Below, in pieces: positions 25,889-36,344 of a stretch of DNA of 64,000 bases. Under the pieces are notes generated by a model, which worked only from the letters and a program-made list of their open reading frames with translations, was not told where the DNA came from and did not search any database. Within the stretch, counting starts at the first letter, position 1, and every line of letters begins with the position of its first letter. This DNA comes from Candidatus Enterousia sp. (GTDB lineage: Bacteria; Pseudomonadota; Alphaproteobacteria; Rs-D84): positions 52,358 through 116,357 of the forward strand of contig JAZTWM010000001.1 in assembly GCA_045635825.1 (NCBI GenBank), read 5' to 3'. Made by a program: the position numbers and the translations under genes.

Positions 25889-26629
25889 ATGCAGAGAATG
25901 TTATTCGTCTTATTATTACTATTAACGGGATGTATGTCTGTTTGGCATATGCCTGATGACGTCACATACGTTCCAATAACGGTCGGTGATTATCAAATTG
26001 TTTCTTATCAACGTTTAACCGACCCGATGGCACCAATTCGCATATATATAGAAGGGGACGGTAATTCATTTAACGCACGTGGACGCCCAACAGATGATCC
26101 AACCCCAAATGGCACATTTGTTCGTGATATGATGGCCTATGACCCATCATCTAATGTTGTTTATCTGGGACGCCCATGCCAGTATATAATGTCACCCGCC
26201 TGTCAGCAAACAGACTGGACAGATGGTCGGTTTTCTGCACGCATGGTTGACACAATGGCATCTGCAATTCGTTCAATCGCAGGTTCACGCCCGATTATCC
26301 TGATTGGATATTCTGGTGGTGCAATGATTTCTGGCTTGCTGATAAATCAAAATCCAGATTTAAAGGTAACACGCTGGATTACAATTGCTGGTGTGTTAAA
26401 CCATGCAGATTGGACCCGGCATTTTGGGGATAAACCATTAACACGTTCATTAAATATGACTAAATTACCCAGTGTATCCCAGACGCACTATGTCGCCCCC
26501 AATGATACGGTTGTTCCGAACGAATTGTCACGTAAATGGGTTGGTGAAAAAAAACTAATCTATGTACCTGGTGCCAAACATTCGTATTTTCCAGTTGAAG
26601 ATTTATCATTTGGACTATTGACAAAATGA
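25889..26629 (+). CDS. alpha/beta-hydrolase fold lipoprotein
   Basis: MQRMLFVLLLLLTGC lipobox; GYSGGA nucleophile elbow (GxSxG). Confidence 0.5.
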   Translation: MQRMLFVLLLLLTGCMSVWHMPDDVTYVPITVGDYQIVSYQRLTDPMAPIRIYIEGDGNSFNARGRPTDDPTPNGTFVRDMMAYDPSSNVVYLGRPCQYIMSPACQQTDWTDGRFSARMVDTMASAIRSIAGSRPIILIGYSGGAMISGLLINQNPDLKVTRWITIAGVLNHADWTRHFGDKPLTRSLNMTKLPSVSQTHYVAPNDTVVPNELSRKWVGEKKLIYVPGAKHSYFPVEDLSFGLLTK

Positions 26630-26653
26630 TATATATGTACTATATATATCAGT

Positions 26654-27409
26654 ATGAAAGAGATAAACTTTATACCTATTTTTGATCAAACTGCCCCGGG
26701 TGTCTGGGATGATTTCATGCGTATTCGTGTGGCTGCCATGCGTGAAAACTATGGTCATGATATGTCTGCCACAGATTATGCACACTATATGCGTCAATAC
26801 CAAGACGATTTTGCCCGTCATCAATATAATGTTGCATATGGTGCATATGATGATGCAAATATGGTTGGTTTTATTCGTGGCTATGCCCATGGCAAGACCG
26901 CACAACTGGAATGCCTGTATGTATTGCCTGATTATCAGGGTAATCACATTGGTAAACGCCTGTTACGCCTGGCAGAATCCAGTTTTGCCCCTGTTTGCAG
27001 TCGTGCACATTTGATTGCGTTGGGACATACAGATAAATATTATTGCACCCAGGGTTATAAAACACCGACAAATACAAATATGTGCGAAAAGAAACTGCAA
27101 ATGCCCGCCTGTCAAAAGGTTGCCGTATTCAACTACACACCTGCGATTGCCCGTTTATGTCGTCCAATTATTCCTGCGGACATTACAGATGCATCTGCCT
27201 TGATTGCAAACCATTCACCAATTTGGGTTGATTTAGATTACCAACATCAGGCCAAGGGTATCTTAGTTGGCAAGCCTGATATGTCACGTCCACTATTTTT
27301 ATATGCCCCAGATGACACACCAAATCAGTCAACCGCCCGCAGTTTACAAAGATTTTATGATGACTATCGCAAAACGATATCCATCCAACATGAAAAACAC
27401 CAAAGGTAA
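26654..27409 (+). CDS. GNAT family N-acetyltransferase with ~100-aa C-terminal extension
   Basis: LYVLPDYQGNHIGKRLLRLAE is GNAT motif A. Confidence 0.55.
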   Translation: MKEINFIPIFDQTAPGVWDDFMRIRVAAMRENYGHDMSATDYAHYMRQYQDDFARHQYNVAYGAYDDANMVGFIRGYAHGKTAQLECLYVLPDYQGNHIGKRLLRLAESSFAPVCSRAHLIALGHTDKYYCTQGYKTPTNTNMCEKKLQMPACQKVAVFNYTPAIARLCRPIIPADITDASALIANHSPIWVDLDYQHQAKGILVGKPDMSRPLFLYAPDDTPNQSTARSLQRFYDDYRKTISIQHEKHQR

Positions 27410-27415
27410 TAGACC

Positions 27416-28285
27416 ATGTCATATACAAAACAGCAGGATTTTGGATTAATGGATATACCAATGTCATGCAGTCTGTTTATGGGGCCTGCACTTAATCGTT
27501 ACAAACGTTATCTGGCACCATTACCGGGTTCGGTTGGCGAATATGTTCGTGAATGGAATCGTGCCTTGGTTGAAACAATGAAAGAACCTGATATCAAACG
27601 ACATCTGGGCGATACAGGGCACAAGATTTTGAACGGCACAATAAAAAACAGTGCATTTTTATCACGTTGTACCAGTACTGGTAATGACATCTCTGGCCAT
27701 TCTTTGCATTATGCGTTGCGTTTTTCCGAAAGTGCCAAGTTTCTGGGGAACAAGATTCAGCAGAATCCAAATGGGAACTTTGTTGATTTGGGGGCAGGGC
27801 TGTCACCGCTGGCATCCGCAATTCAAACAGAATATAATATTTCTGGTGCATATATTGTTGATGAACCACAGATAATGGATGCCTATATTCGTACTGCCAA
27901 TCGTGTTGGTGGTCGCATCCCACAGGGGATTACATGGCACGATGTCCAAGATATGGCGACCCAGCACAAGATGGACACAATGGTTGCGATGGGTGTGTTT
28001 CATTACATGCCACTAGAAGAACAGATTAAATACATGCGTTTTATAAATGCTAACATTCCTAATTTTCTAATAGAAATCAAATATGACAATAATGATTCTG
28101 GGATTGGTGAAAATACATTCAGTCTAAAGCAGTTACAGTCATTACGTTTACTGGTAAATAACGCCCAGACATTGGAAACAGCAATGATACGCAACTCGTT
28201 ACGCTATTTGTCTAATTTTATGCATGCAATGCCGAACAAGAAAGATTATCTGGTTGGCAATCATTCATTGTTTCTAAGCCGATAA
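27416..28285 (+). CDS. class I SAM-dependent methyltransferase
   Basis: VDLGAGLSPLAS is motif I (DxGxGxG-like). Confidence 0.5.
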   Translation: MSYTKQQDFGLMDIPMSCSLFMGPALNRYKRYLAPLPGSVGEYVREWNRALVETMKEPDIKRHLGDTGHKILNGTIKNSAFLSRCTSTGNDISGHSLHYALRFSESAKFLGNKIQQNPNGNFVDLGAGLSPLASAIQTEYNISGAYIVDEPQIMDAYIRTANRVGGRIPQGITWHDVQDMATQHKMDTMVAMGVFHYMPLEEQIKYMRFINANIPNFLIEIKYDNNDSGIGENTFSLKQLQSLRLLVNNAQTLETAMIRNSLRYLSNFMHAMPNKKDYLVGNHSLFLSR

Positions 28286-28312
28286 AAAAATCCCCCATCT
28301 GGGGGATTTTTT
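28284..28312. terminator. bidirectional terminator AAAAAAATCCCCC-ATCT-GGGGGATTTTTT between the methyltransferase and the RNase E/G gene
   Basis: Same terminator family. Confidence 0.6.
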
Positions 28313-30104
28313 AACTAATCAATTTACGCCAGAAAGACTTTTTCTTTTGCTGTTTCTTGCGTTTTCTGCGTTGTGCATTTACTGTTGTTTTCTTTGCATC
28401 CATATGCTGTGCATTTTTTCTTTTTGCATCAGTTGATGGTGCATGTGCCCCCAACAGATCGTCTGTTTTATTTTGTTCTGGTGCAACACGCTGAATAGAA
28501 TATTGATCAATGTTCATCAGGCTGTCGTCACCAACGATAACAATTTCTGTTTCGAACTTTGCTTCCATTTCTGCCAATTCTGCACGTTTATGATTTAACA
28601 GATATACCGCTACATCTGTTGGAACTGTCATAATAATCTTCTGTGCGGCCTTGGCCAACAGTTTTTCCTGCAAATGGCGGAACAAAATAATCGCCGCTGT
28701 CTGGATAGATGGCACGACACCTGCACCCATACAATGTGGACATGGCACATAAGAAGATTCCATAAAACTACTACGCAGTCTTTGACGTGACAACATTAAC
28801 ACACCAAAGTTGTTAATTTTTGCAACCTGGGTACGGGCGCGGTCACGTTTCATAACCTCGCGCATTTTCATTTCTAATTTGCGGTTGTTTTTTTCCTCTT
28901 CCATATCAATAAAGTCAACTGCAACAATACCTGCCAAATCACGCAGGCGTAATTGCAATGCAATTTCTTCGGCTGCTTCCAGATTTGTATTCAATGCGGT
29001 TTGTTCAATATCTTTTTCTTTGATTGCACGTGAAGAGTTAACATCAATTGTAACCATTGCTTCAGTCTGGTTGATAACCAATGAACCACCCGATGGTAAT
29101 GTTACATATGGGCCATGCAAACCTTCTAATTGTTTTTCAACGCCGGCCTTGACCATCAAAGGCACCGCCACATCTTTATAGTTTACCAACTGTTTACGTG
29201 GTGCCTTGCCATACATCTGTTGGAAATACTGTTTCGCAGAATCGTATGCTTCTTCACCCTGAATAATCAGTACGTCTTCTTTGTCGCTTAGAAAGTCACG
29301 AACAACACGACGCAACAAAGAATCTTCGGTATGAATTGTGACCGGTGCAACTGATTCTAATGTTGTTTTGCGAATTTCATTCCACAGATTCACCAGATAA
29401 TCATAGTCTGCTGCGATATCTGCCGGCTGTGCACCCATTGCTGCTGTACGCAGAACAACAGTCATACCCTTTGGGATTTTTAATCCATGCAATACTTCAC
29501 GCAATCTGGCACGTTCTGCCTTGTCGGAAATCTTTTTAGAAATACCATAACTATTACGCTTGCGAGAGTTAGGCATCAAGACCGCAAAACGACCTGCCAA
29601 TGACAGATATGTTGTCATTGATGCACCCTTTTGCCCACGTTCTTCTTTTACACCCTGAACCAGCAAGATTTGTTTTGGTTTAATCACATCCTGGATTTTG
29701 AATTCACGTGCACGTTTGGCAAATTCTTTGTTATCTTCGCCCGCACTGTGGTCGTCATATTCTGCAACTTCATCTTCTTCGTCATTTGGATCATCGTCAT
29801 CATCAACGATATTGGCATGTGCCAATTCCAACAACTTTTTCTTTTGTTCTGCACTGACCTGATAATAATCCGGATGGATTTCAGAAAAAGGCAAGAATCC
29901 ATTTTTTCCTGTTCCGTAATCAACGAACGCTGCCTGCAAAGATGGTTCAACACGAATGACCTTGGCCAGATAAATATTACCTTTTATCTGTGGTTTGGTC
30001 GTTGTTTCAACATCAAAATCAGAAACACGACCTGTGGTTGTATCAACCACCACTACACGTGTTTCCTCTGGATGGACAGCATCCACGTATATTTTTTTTG
30101 ACAT
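28311..30104 (-). CDS. rne: ribonuclease E/G family endoribonuclease (short RNase E-like, with acidic insertion and basic C-tail)
   Basis: N-terminal S1 domain KGNIYLAKVIRVEPSLQAAFVDYG; an acidic insert DDDDDPNDEEDE; catalytic core; Arg/Lys-rich C-terminus. Confidence 0.75.
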   Translation of the reverse strand: MSKKIYVDAVHPEETRVVVVDTTTGRVSDFDVETTTKPQIKGNIYLAKVIRVEPSLQAAFVDYGTGKNGFLPFSEIHPDYYQVSAEQKKKLLELAHANIVDDDDDPNDEEDEVAEYDDHSAGEDNKEFAKRAREFKIQDVIKPKQILLVQGVKEERGQKGASMTTYLSLAGRFAVLMPNSRKRNSYGISKKISDKAERARLREVLHGLKIPKGMTVVLRTAAMGAQPADIAADYDYLVNLWNEIRKTTLESVAPVTIHTEDSLLRRVVRDFLSDKEDVLIIQGEEAYDSAKQYFQQMYGKAPRKQLVNYKDVAVPLMVKAGVEKQLEGLHGPYVTLPSGGSLVINQTEAMVTIDVNSSRAIKEKDIEQTALNTNLEAAEEIALQLRLRDLAGIVAVDFIDMEEEKNNRKLEMKMREVMKRDRARTQVAKINNFGVLMLSRQRLRSSFMESSYVPCPHCMGAGVVPSIQTAAIILFRHLQEKLLAKAAQKIIMTVPTDVAVYLLNHKRAELAEMEAKFETEIVIVGDDSLMNIDQYSIQRVAPEQNKTDDLLGAHAPSTDAKRKNAQHMDAKKTTVNAQRRKRKKQQKKKSFWRKLIS

Positions 30105-30310
30105 TTAATAATCCTTTTGTTTTGCCGGTGTACGTAATGGCAATAACCCGTCCCCATGGGGCGTCCATGCCCATGCCAAGGGATTGTGCCATGATACTAA
30201 TCAGCACCATTCGAGCCATTGAAAACAGTGACAATACAAACACTTATATACAGCCCCATTTCATACACAGGGAACATTTTAACATGCCAATATACGACTT
30301 GGCAAGGTAT

Positions 30311-31333
30311 TTATTTTCTAATTTTAATCTCGTTTTTTATGCGATTGATTTTCGCAGGGATTTTTTCTTTTGCCTCGGCCAGCCATCTTTTCATGCGTGA
30401 ACGCAACCATCTTTCATATACAAAAAACAGACTGCCCATGCCAATCAACGGCAATACATAGTAAATAATACGAAATGCCAACAACGCACCGAATATATTC
30501 GCCTTGTCCACATTATCAGGCAGGGCGATTAAGAACACTGTTTCAAAAACACCAATGCCACCTGGTACCTGACTGAAAACACCGGTTGATTGTGCGATTG
30601 CGAACAGTCCCATAAATATCACAAATGGTATTTCTACAAACGGTCTCAGGCAGAAATATAATACTAAACCCGCCAAAACACTGTCTGCAATCCCCAGCAT
30701 TGTCTGGGTAAAAGCCATTGACATAGATGGGATTTGAAACTTAAGTTGCCCGATTTTAATACTTTTCTTATAAAAAATGGCGGTCGTTGCAAAATAAGTC
30801 AACAATGCAACCAAACAGAAAATAAATAACGCATTTATACCAACATTGGCCCCAACAGAATCCTGAAATAAATCATGTGGTACCAAGAAATAACTAATAA
30901 CAACAATTGCTGCCGCCCCCAGAAAATACGTAAACCCAGAAATGGTCAGCATTTTTAGAATATCACCACCCCGAATTCGCCAACGTGTGTACAGTCTGTA
31001 TCGAATTGCACCACCGCTGACCACTGCATGTCCTGCATTATTACTGATTGCAAAGCCCAACATGCCTGCCAACATCCATTTCCACCATGTTACTTTGCCA
31101 CCGACATAGTTCAATGCCAAATAATCATACAACGACAATACCAAATATCCCAATATGCATGCCACGCATGCCATTGCCAGATTTACAAATGGAATATCTA
31201 AAATTGCATGTGCAATGTCGCCCAGACTATAATTTCTTAATTGCCACCACAGCATTCCTGCCGCCAACAGAAAGAAGAAAATCCCTGAATAACTAATCGC
31301 TTTTTTGATAATGCGTTTCGTCTTTGCTGACAT
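30311..31333 (-). CDS. UPF0104 / LPG-synthase-TM-like (flippase-like) inner membrane protein
   Basis: Polytopic; LSLYDYLALNYVGG..RYRLYTRW pattern of PF03706. Confidence 0.5.
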   Translation of the reverse strand: MSAKTKRIIKKAISYSGIFFFLLAAGMLWWQLRNYSLGDIAHAILDIPFVNLAMACVACILGYLVLSLYDYLALNYVGGKVTWWKWMLAGMLGFAISNNAGHAVVSGGAIRYRLYTRWRIRGGDILKMLTISGFTYFLGAAAIVVISYFLVPHDLFQDSVGANVGINALFIFCLVALLTYFATTAIFYKKSIKIGQLKFQIPSMSMAFTQTMLGIADSVLAGLVLYFCLRPFVEIPFVIFMGLFAIAQSTGVFSQVPGGIGVFETVFLIALPDNVDKANIFGALLAFRIIYYVLPLIGMGSLFFVYERWLRSRMKRWLAEAKEKIPAKINRIKNEIKIRK

Positions 31334-31457
31334 AAAAATCCTTTTTCAAATGTAATAGGATAAACATTTAAGAAAAAAAAGCAACCACCAAAACACATTG
31401 CAAAAATTATTGGCGTGTACAATACTGTAAAACAATCAAACCAAAAGGAAATATAAA

Positions 31458-32174
31458 ATGTTGCGACCATCTTTACGAAAAGCCAATCAAATGCGTCCTG
31501 TATCTATGGAAACAGGTGTTAACAAGTGGGCCGAAGGTTCATGTTTGATAAAAATGGGTGGTACACATGTGTTATGTACTGCATCTGTTGATTTTTCGCA
31601 ACCAACTTGGAAACGTATTCAAAACAAGACCGGTGGTTGGGTAACGGCAGAATATTCTATGTTACCACGTGCAAATGGAACCCGTAAAAGTCATGAATCA
31701 ATGACCAAAGATAATCGTGCCGTCGAGATTTCACGTCTAATCGGTCGTGCATTACGCAGTGTTGTTGATATGGATAAACTGGGGCGTCATACGATAACGA
31801 TTGATTGTGATGTGATTCAGGGGGACGGTGGTACACGTTGTGCCAGTATAACTGGTGGATTCGTTGCCTTGGCACTGGCTGTTCGTTGGTTGCTGGCCCA
31901 GGGGCGTATTAGTGAAAACCCAATTTCAGACAATGTTGCCGCTGTATCCGCCGGTCTGTGGAATAATGAATTGGTCTTGGATTTGGATTACGAAGAAGAT
32001 TGTGTTGCCGAATTGGATTCTAATTTTGTTATGTCTGGCGATGGTCGCTTTATCGAAGTCCAGGCAACCGGTGAACAACATCCATTTTCTGCGGACCAGT
32101 TGACCCAGTTAATGCAAATGGCATCAGACGGTTGTAAAAAATTGATAGATTTACAGAATCAGATTCTTGATTAA
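31458..32174 (+). CDS. rph: ribonuclease PH
   Basis: LRPSLRKANQMRPVS..EGSCLIKMGGTHVLCTASV; 238 aa. Confidence 0.9.
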   Translation: MLRPSLRKANQMRPVSMETGVNKWAEGSCLIKMGGTHVLCTASVDFSQPTWKRIQNKTGGWVTAEYSMLPRANGTRKSHESMTKDNRAVEISRLIGRALRSVVDMDKLGRHTITIDCDVIQGDGGTRCASITGGFVALALAVRWLLAQGRISENPISDNVAAVSAGLWNNELVLDLDYEEDCVAELDSNFVMSGDGRFIEVQATGEQHPFSADQLTQLMQMASDGCKKLIDLQNQILD

Positions 32175-33082
32175 TCTTTTGCACGTGGGTGGGCATTGGC
32201 GTAAATATTTGATATTTCCGCCATGTTCACCTTAGTATACAGTTGTGTGGTGGATAGTGAAGAATGCCCCAACAATTCTTGCAGACTGCGTAAATCCGCC
32301 CCGCCTGATAATAATGCCGTTGCAAATGTGTGTCTTAGTGCATGCGGTGTAACATAGTCAGGTAATTGTAGATAGCATCTAAGTTTTTCAATCACTTTTT
32401 CTGCCATGCGTGCCGACATTGGCAAACCGCGTACACTGCGAAATAGTGTGTCATTTGCATCATTGCCAAATGGACGCATGTCAATATACTTGCCAATCGC
32501 ATCCCATACCGCTGGCAATACAGGAATCAATCTTTCTTTCTTCCCTTTTCCAATAATACGCAATATATCTGGACGGCCATGTACATCTTGATTGGTCAAT
32601 GATAATGCCTCAGAAATACGCAGACCACACCCGAATAACAACAATACCAACGCCCAATCACGTGCCGCAATCCATGGTTCATGTGCATCAATTTCACGAA
32701 TTGCACCATGCATATTTTCCACATCTATTGGATCAATGGCCTTGGATAATTTGCGTGGCACCTTTGGTGCAGAAATCAGGCCAATTGCATCATTTTTTAC
32801 CCCGTATTGTCGCCCCAGAAATTTGTAAAAACCACGTACAGATGACAATGCACGTGCCGTTGATTTTGCCGTCAGTCCCCGTCTTTGTCGGTCTGCCAAG
32901 AAAGAACGCAGTCCCAACGTATCCACCTGTGCAATATCATTTATCTGTGGATTTTTGCCCATAAACTTTTCATAAAAAACGATAAAGTCACGAACATCAT
33001 TTTCGTACGCGGTCGCTGTATGGGGTGAATAATTTTTCACCCCACGCAAATAATCAATAAACTCAGCAACAATTTCATTCAT
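32171..33082 (-). CDS. xerC: tyrosine site-specific recombinase XerC/XerD
   Basis: ARHTFATALLSGGADLRSLQELLGHSSLSTTQLYTKV with catalytic R..H..R..Y; C-terminus AHPRAKD is XerC-like. Confidence 0.75.
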   Translation of the reverse strand: MNEIVAEFIDYLRGVKNYSPHTATAYENDVRDFIVFYEKFMGKNPQINDIAQVDTLGLRSFLADRQRRGLTAKSTARALSSVRGFYKFLGRQYGVKNDAIGLISAPKVPRKLSKAIDPIDVENMHGAIREIDAHEPWIAARDWALVLLLFGCGLRISEALSLTNQDVHGRPDILRIIGKGKKERLIPVLPAVWDAIGKYIDMRPFGNDANDTLFRSVRGLPMSARMAEKVIEKLRCYLQLPDYVTPHALRHTFATALLSGGADLRSLQELLGHSSLSTTQLYTKVNMAEISNIYANAHPRAKD

Positions 33083-33816
33083 TACTTAATTTCAAAAACC
33101 GCATTAACTGATACAGTTACATCTGTGTCTTTGCTGACCAATGTGCCGGCCGTATCAACAGATGTCGCACGTGCCATTGCCAATTTTGGTTGCATGCCAC
33201 CACCAATCGGCATTACATTGCCAGACAAATTTGTTCCATACGCAACAGTCAGCATTTTGCCCGCTTTTTTGCCATCACCCGCAGCCAATGCATTTGCACG
33301 AACACGTGCGTTTTCAACTGCCACCCCCAGACATTTTTCAACAACTGGTTTTAATGCCTCTTGACTGGTGTACATACGCAGATTTTCCGCATAAACATTC
33401 TGTGTACCTGCGAAATTATTCAATACAGTTTCAATTTGATTAATGTCATTGGCAGAAATCTCAACAGAAATTGATGTTTCCGTCCCCAATACAACAGATT
33501 TTTGTTCTTCACGATTCCATTCCGTTTTTTCATAGGAATTAAATTGTGTGGTTTGAACGTCCACAGGCATAGATTTTACCGCATCTGTAATTTCTTGAAC
33601 CTGATTTGTTGCCGCCTTCATTGATTCCACAGCCGTTGGTGCCACAACTGTTACACGCATAGTAATTGCAGTTTTGTCTTTTTTAACACTTGCATTACAT
33701 TCCCCACTTACTGCGATGATTTCTGGTTCTGCGTGCTGACTGATTGCCCCAAAGACCAACGCCATCACTGCACCTGCACCGATAACGCTGCAAATCCACA
33801 TAATTGTTTTCTTCAT
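33082..33816 (-). CDS. SIMPL/BP26 (DUF541) periplasmic protein
   Basis: Signal peptide; 244 aa; Brucella BP26/Omp28-like composition and length; stop overlaps xerC start (TAATG). Confidence 0.55.
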   Translation of the reverse strand: MKKTIMWICSVIGAGAVMALVFGAISQHAEPEIIAVSGECNASVKKDKTAITMRVTVVAPTAVESMKAATNQVQEITDAVKSMPVDVQTTQFNSYEKTEWNREEQKSVVLGTETSISVEISANDINQIETVLNNFAGTQNVYAENLRMYTSQEALKPVVEKCLGVAVENARVRANALAAGDGKKAGKMLTVAYGTNLSGNVMPIGGGMQPKLAMARATSVDTAGTLVSKDTDVTVSVNAVFEIK

Positions 33817-33849
33817 ATATTCCCCCCTTGTCTATAGATTTGTGTTGAC

Positions 33850-34842
33850 TTACCCCAGCATGGCCTTTTTTACACGTGCCAATGTTTTTTGTGCAACCGC
33901 CTTGGCACGTTCTGCACCCTTGGTCAAGATTGCATCAATTTCATCTGGATTGGCCATCAATCGTTCGTATTCAGTACGAGGCCCCTCTAATACAGAGTTT
34001 ATTTTATCAAACAAAATGGTTTTTGCACTTCCATACCCCATGCCCCCACGACGGAACATTTCTGCAAACTCTGCAATCTGTTCATCTGTTGCAAAGTGAC
34101 GGTATAATTGGAAAATTGTGGATTCATCTGGATTCTTAGATTCTTCTGGTGTCTTGGAATCCGTAATGATACGCATGATTTTCTTTTTTAGTTCTTTTTC
34201 AGGTGCAAACAGTGGGATTATATTGTCATAAGACTTGCTCATCTTGCGGCCATCCAACCCTGGGATAAGACCTGTTTCACGCCCAATAACTGGTTCTGGC
34301 ATTTTGAATGTTTCGCCATAAATCGTATTAAAGTGTCCTGCAATATCACGTGCAAATTCCACGTGCTGTTTCTGGTCTGCACCAACTGGCACAATGTCTG
34401 CATTATACAGCAAAATATCTGCGGACATCAAAATTGGATATGTGTACAGTCCCATATTAACACCTGCATCAATATCCAGACCATTTGCAGTGTTTTTATC
34501 CATCATTGCTTTATAAGAATGTGCGCGGTTCATCAGCCCCTTTGGTGTCACATTCATCAGGAAAGTATTTAATTGATATATTTCATCAATATCAGATTGA
34601 CGGAACAGAACTGCATTTTCCAGATTCAATCCCAAAGCAATCAACAATGCTGCAATTTCATGCGTATGTTGTTTAATTTGTTTTGCATCATGGATTGTGT
34701 TCAGTGCGTGCAAATCTGCAATAAACATGAATGTTTTATGTGTTTGTGATTGTTCAATCAACGGTTTTAATGCCCCGACATAGTTCCCCAAGTGTGGCAT
34801 CCCTGTTGGCTTAATACCTGTTAAAACAATTTTATCTGTCAT
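33850..34842 (-). CDS. trpS: tryptophanyl-tRNA synthetase
   Basis: TGIKPTGMPHLGNYVGA is a HIGH-type motif; KMSKS present; 330 aa. Confidence 0.9.
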   Translation of the reverse strand: MTDKIVLTGIKPTGMPHLGNYVGALKPLIEQSQTHKTFMFIADLHALNTIHDAKQIKQHTHEIAALLIALGLNLENAVLFRQSDIDEIYQLNTFLMNVTPKGLMNRAHSYKAMMDKNTANGLDIDAGVNMGLYTYPILMSADILLYNADIVPVGADQKQHVEFARDIAGHFNTIYGETFKMPEPVIGRETGLIPGLDGRKMSKSYDNIIPLFAPEKELKKKIMRIITDSKTPEESKNPDESTIFQLYRHFATDEQIAEFAEMFRRGGMGYGSAKTILFDKINSVLEGPRTEYERLMANPDEIDAILTKGAERAKAVAQKTLARVKKAMLG

Positions 34843-35036
34843 GATAATTACCTTTTCTTGTACTTGATTCTAATATTTTTGTTTGTGAAATAAAAGCCCT
34901 AATTTTACGATTACGCCGGGCCATGGCGTACAACAGACTCAGGCGGCAATCCGCCAACAATGATTTGCAGAAAAGATAAACGTTTTATTCATCATAGAAC
35001 TAATTATAACCCATGCGTGGCCAATTTCAATACAAA

Positions 35037-36344
35037 TTATTTAGACTTGTGTTTCAGTATGTCGCCCGCCTTGATGTATTCCGCATCATTTTTCTTCAGG
35101 GCTTTTTGTGCCTGTTTTGCATATTTTTTTGCATCTGCTTCCTTGTTGATAAGCATACTGTATTCCGCCATTGCCCATGCGTAACGCCCACCATCATTAT
35201 CGCCATACGCACGTGCCAACACCCAGTATGTCAAAGGGGCAGATTCATGCAGTAAAGCACGTTTTGCTAATTCAATGGCACGTTTGTTGTCATCTGCTTT
35301 TTTTCGTTCGGTCAACACCAATGCCAACGCTGTTTGAATCTGTGGTGCATCCCCCGCCAGTTCCAGTGCTTTTTCATATGAAACAATGCTGTCGTCATAG
35401 TGGCCAAATTGATATTCTATATCCCCCAACAGTTCATAAAAGTATGGATTGTTTGGCATTCTAGAAATCAATGTTTGGGTACCAATACGTGCCATATCTA
35501 AATTGCCACCACGCATATTTGCGATTGCACGTGCATATAATGCTGGGTTTGATTTATCTGTATATGGATACATTTCCAATACATGTTCAAAACTATCCAG
35601 ATATCCAATCAATTTTGCACGAACCAATTCATATCCATCAATATCAGGCTTATTTGTCGTTTTTTTTGTATCTTTCTTTTGTGCAATTTGTTCCCGTACA
35701 TTGGCTAATCTTTCGGTTGTCAAAGGGTGATTAATGCGATTAGGATTGATTTTAGATTCCAGTACACCTGTCATATCGCGCATTTGTTCCAGTACGGTTA
35801 TAAACCCGTTTGGGTCTAACCCAGCCTCACACATCAGGTTAACACCCATATTATCTGCAATTCTTTCTTCATCACGTGTAAATGCCAACATAGACTGCTG
35901 GACAACACCGCTGGAACCTGCTAATACGCCAGCCCCCAAAGATGGATTTCCACCTGCCACCATTAATCCAATTCCCAATGCCTGAATCAGCATGGAACGT
36001 TTCATTTCTGCATTCATTCTTTGTGACATTTGTGCCATATGTCCGCCCAGTGTATGACCCAATTCATGTGCGATAACTGCTTGTAATGCCCCTGGTGTTT
36101 TAATTTGTTTCAGCAAACCTGTATAAACATAAACATCGTCACCACCTGCAACAAATGCGTTAAAATCATCATCCCGCACAATATGTATTTTCAATCTGTC
36201 AGTTGATATGTCGGCAACATCTGCCAATGGCGAAACCAGTTCTGCCATCATACGTTCTGTTTCTGTATCGTTTATCAGCGTTGCACCCCATGCCCCATGC
36301 ATGGCGAATATCAGTCCTATAAAAAGAACAATTATCTTATGCAC
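35037..36344 (-). CDS. M48 family zinc metalloprotease with C-terminal TPR repeats (BepA-like)
   Basis: AHELGHTLGGHMAQ (HExxH); signal peptide; TPR-like C-terminal half. Confidence 0.7.
   Translation of the reverse strand: MHKIIVLFIGLIFAMHGAWGATLINDTETERMMAELVSPLADVADISTDRLKIHIVRDDDFNAFVAGGDDVYVYTGLLKQIKTPGALQAVIAHELGHTLGGHMAQMSQRMNAEMKRSMLIQALGIGLMVAGGNPSLGAGVLAGSSGVVQQSMLAFTRDEERIADNMGVNLMCEAGLDPNGFITVLEQMRDMTGVLESKINPNRINHPLTTERLANVREQIAQKKDTKKTTNKPDIDGYELVRAKLIGYLDSFEHVLEMYPYTDKSNPALYARAIANMRGGNLDMARIGTQTLISRMPNNPYFYELLGDIEYQFGHYDDSIVSYEKALELAGDAPQIQTALALVLTERKKADDNKRAIELAKRALLHESAPLTYWVLARAYGDNDGGRYAWAMAEYSMLINKEADAKKYAKQAQKALKKNDAEYIKAGDILKHKSK

Noticed and set aside
34843-35036. Possible ncRNA in the trpS/M48-peptidase intergenic region (GC-rich patch CGCCGGGCCATGGCG...GGCGGCAATCCGCC)
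   Set aside because: No cloverleaf or recognisable Rfam-like motif could be folded by eye; more likely promoter/5' UTR sequence for trpS.
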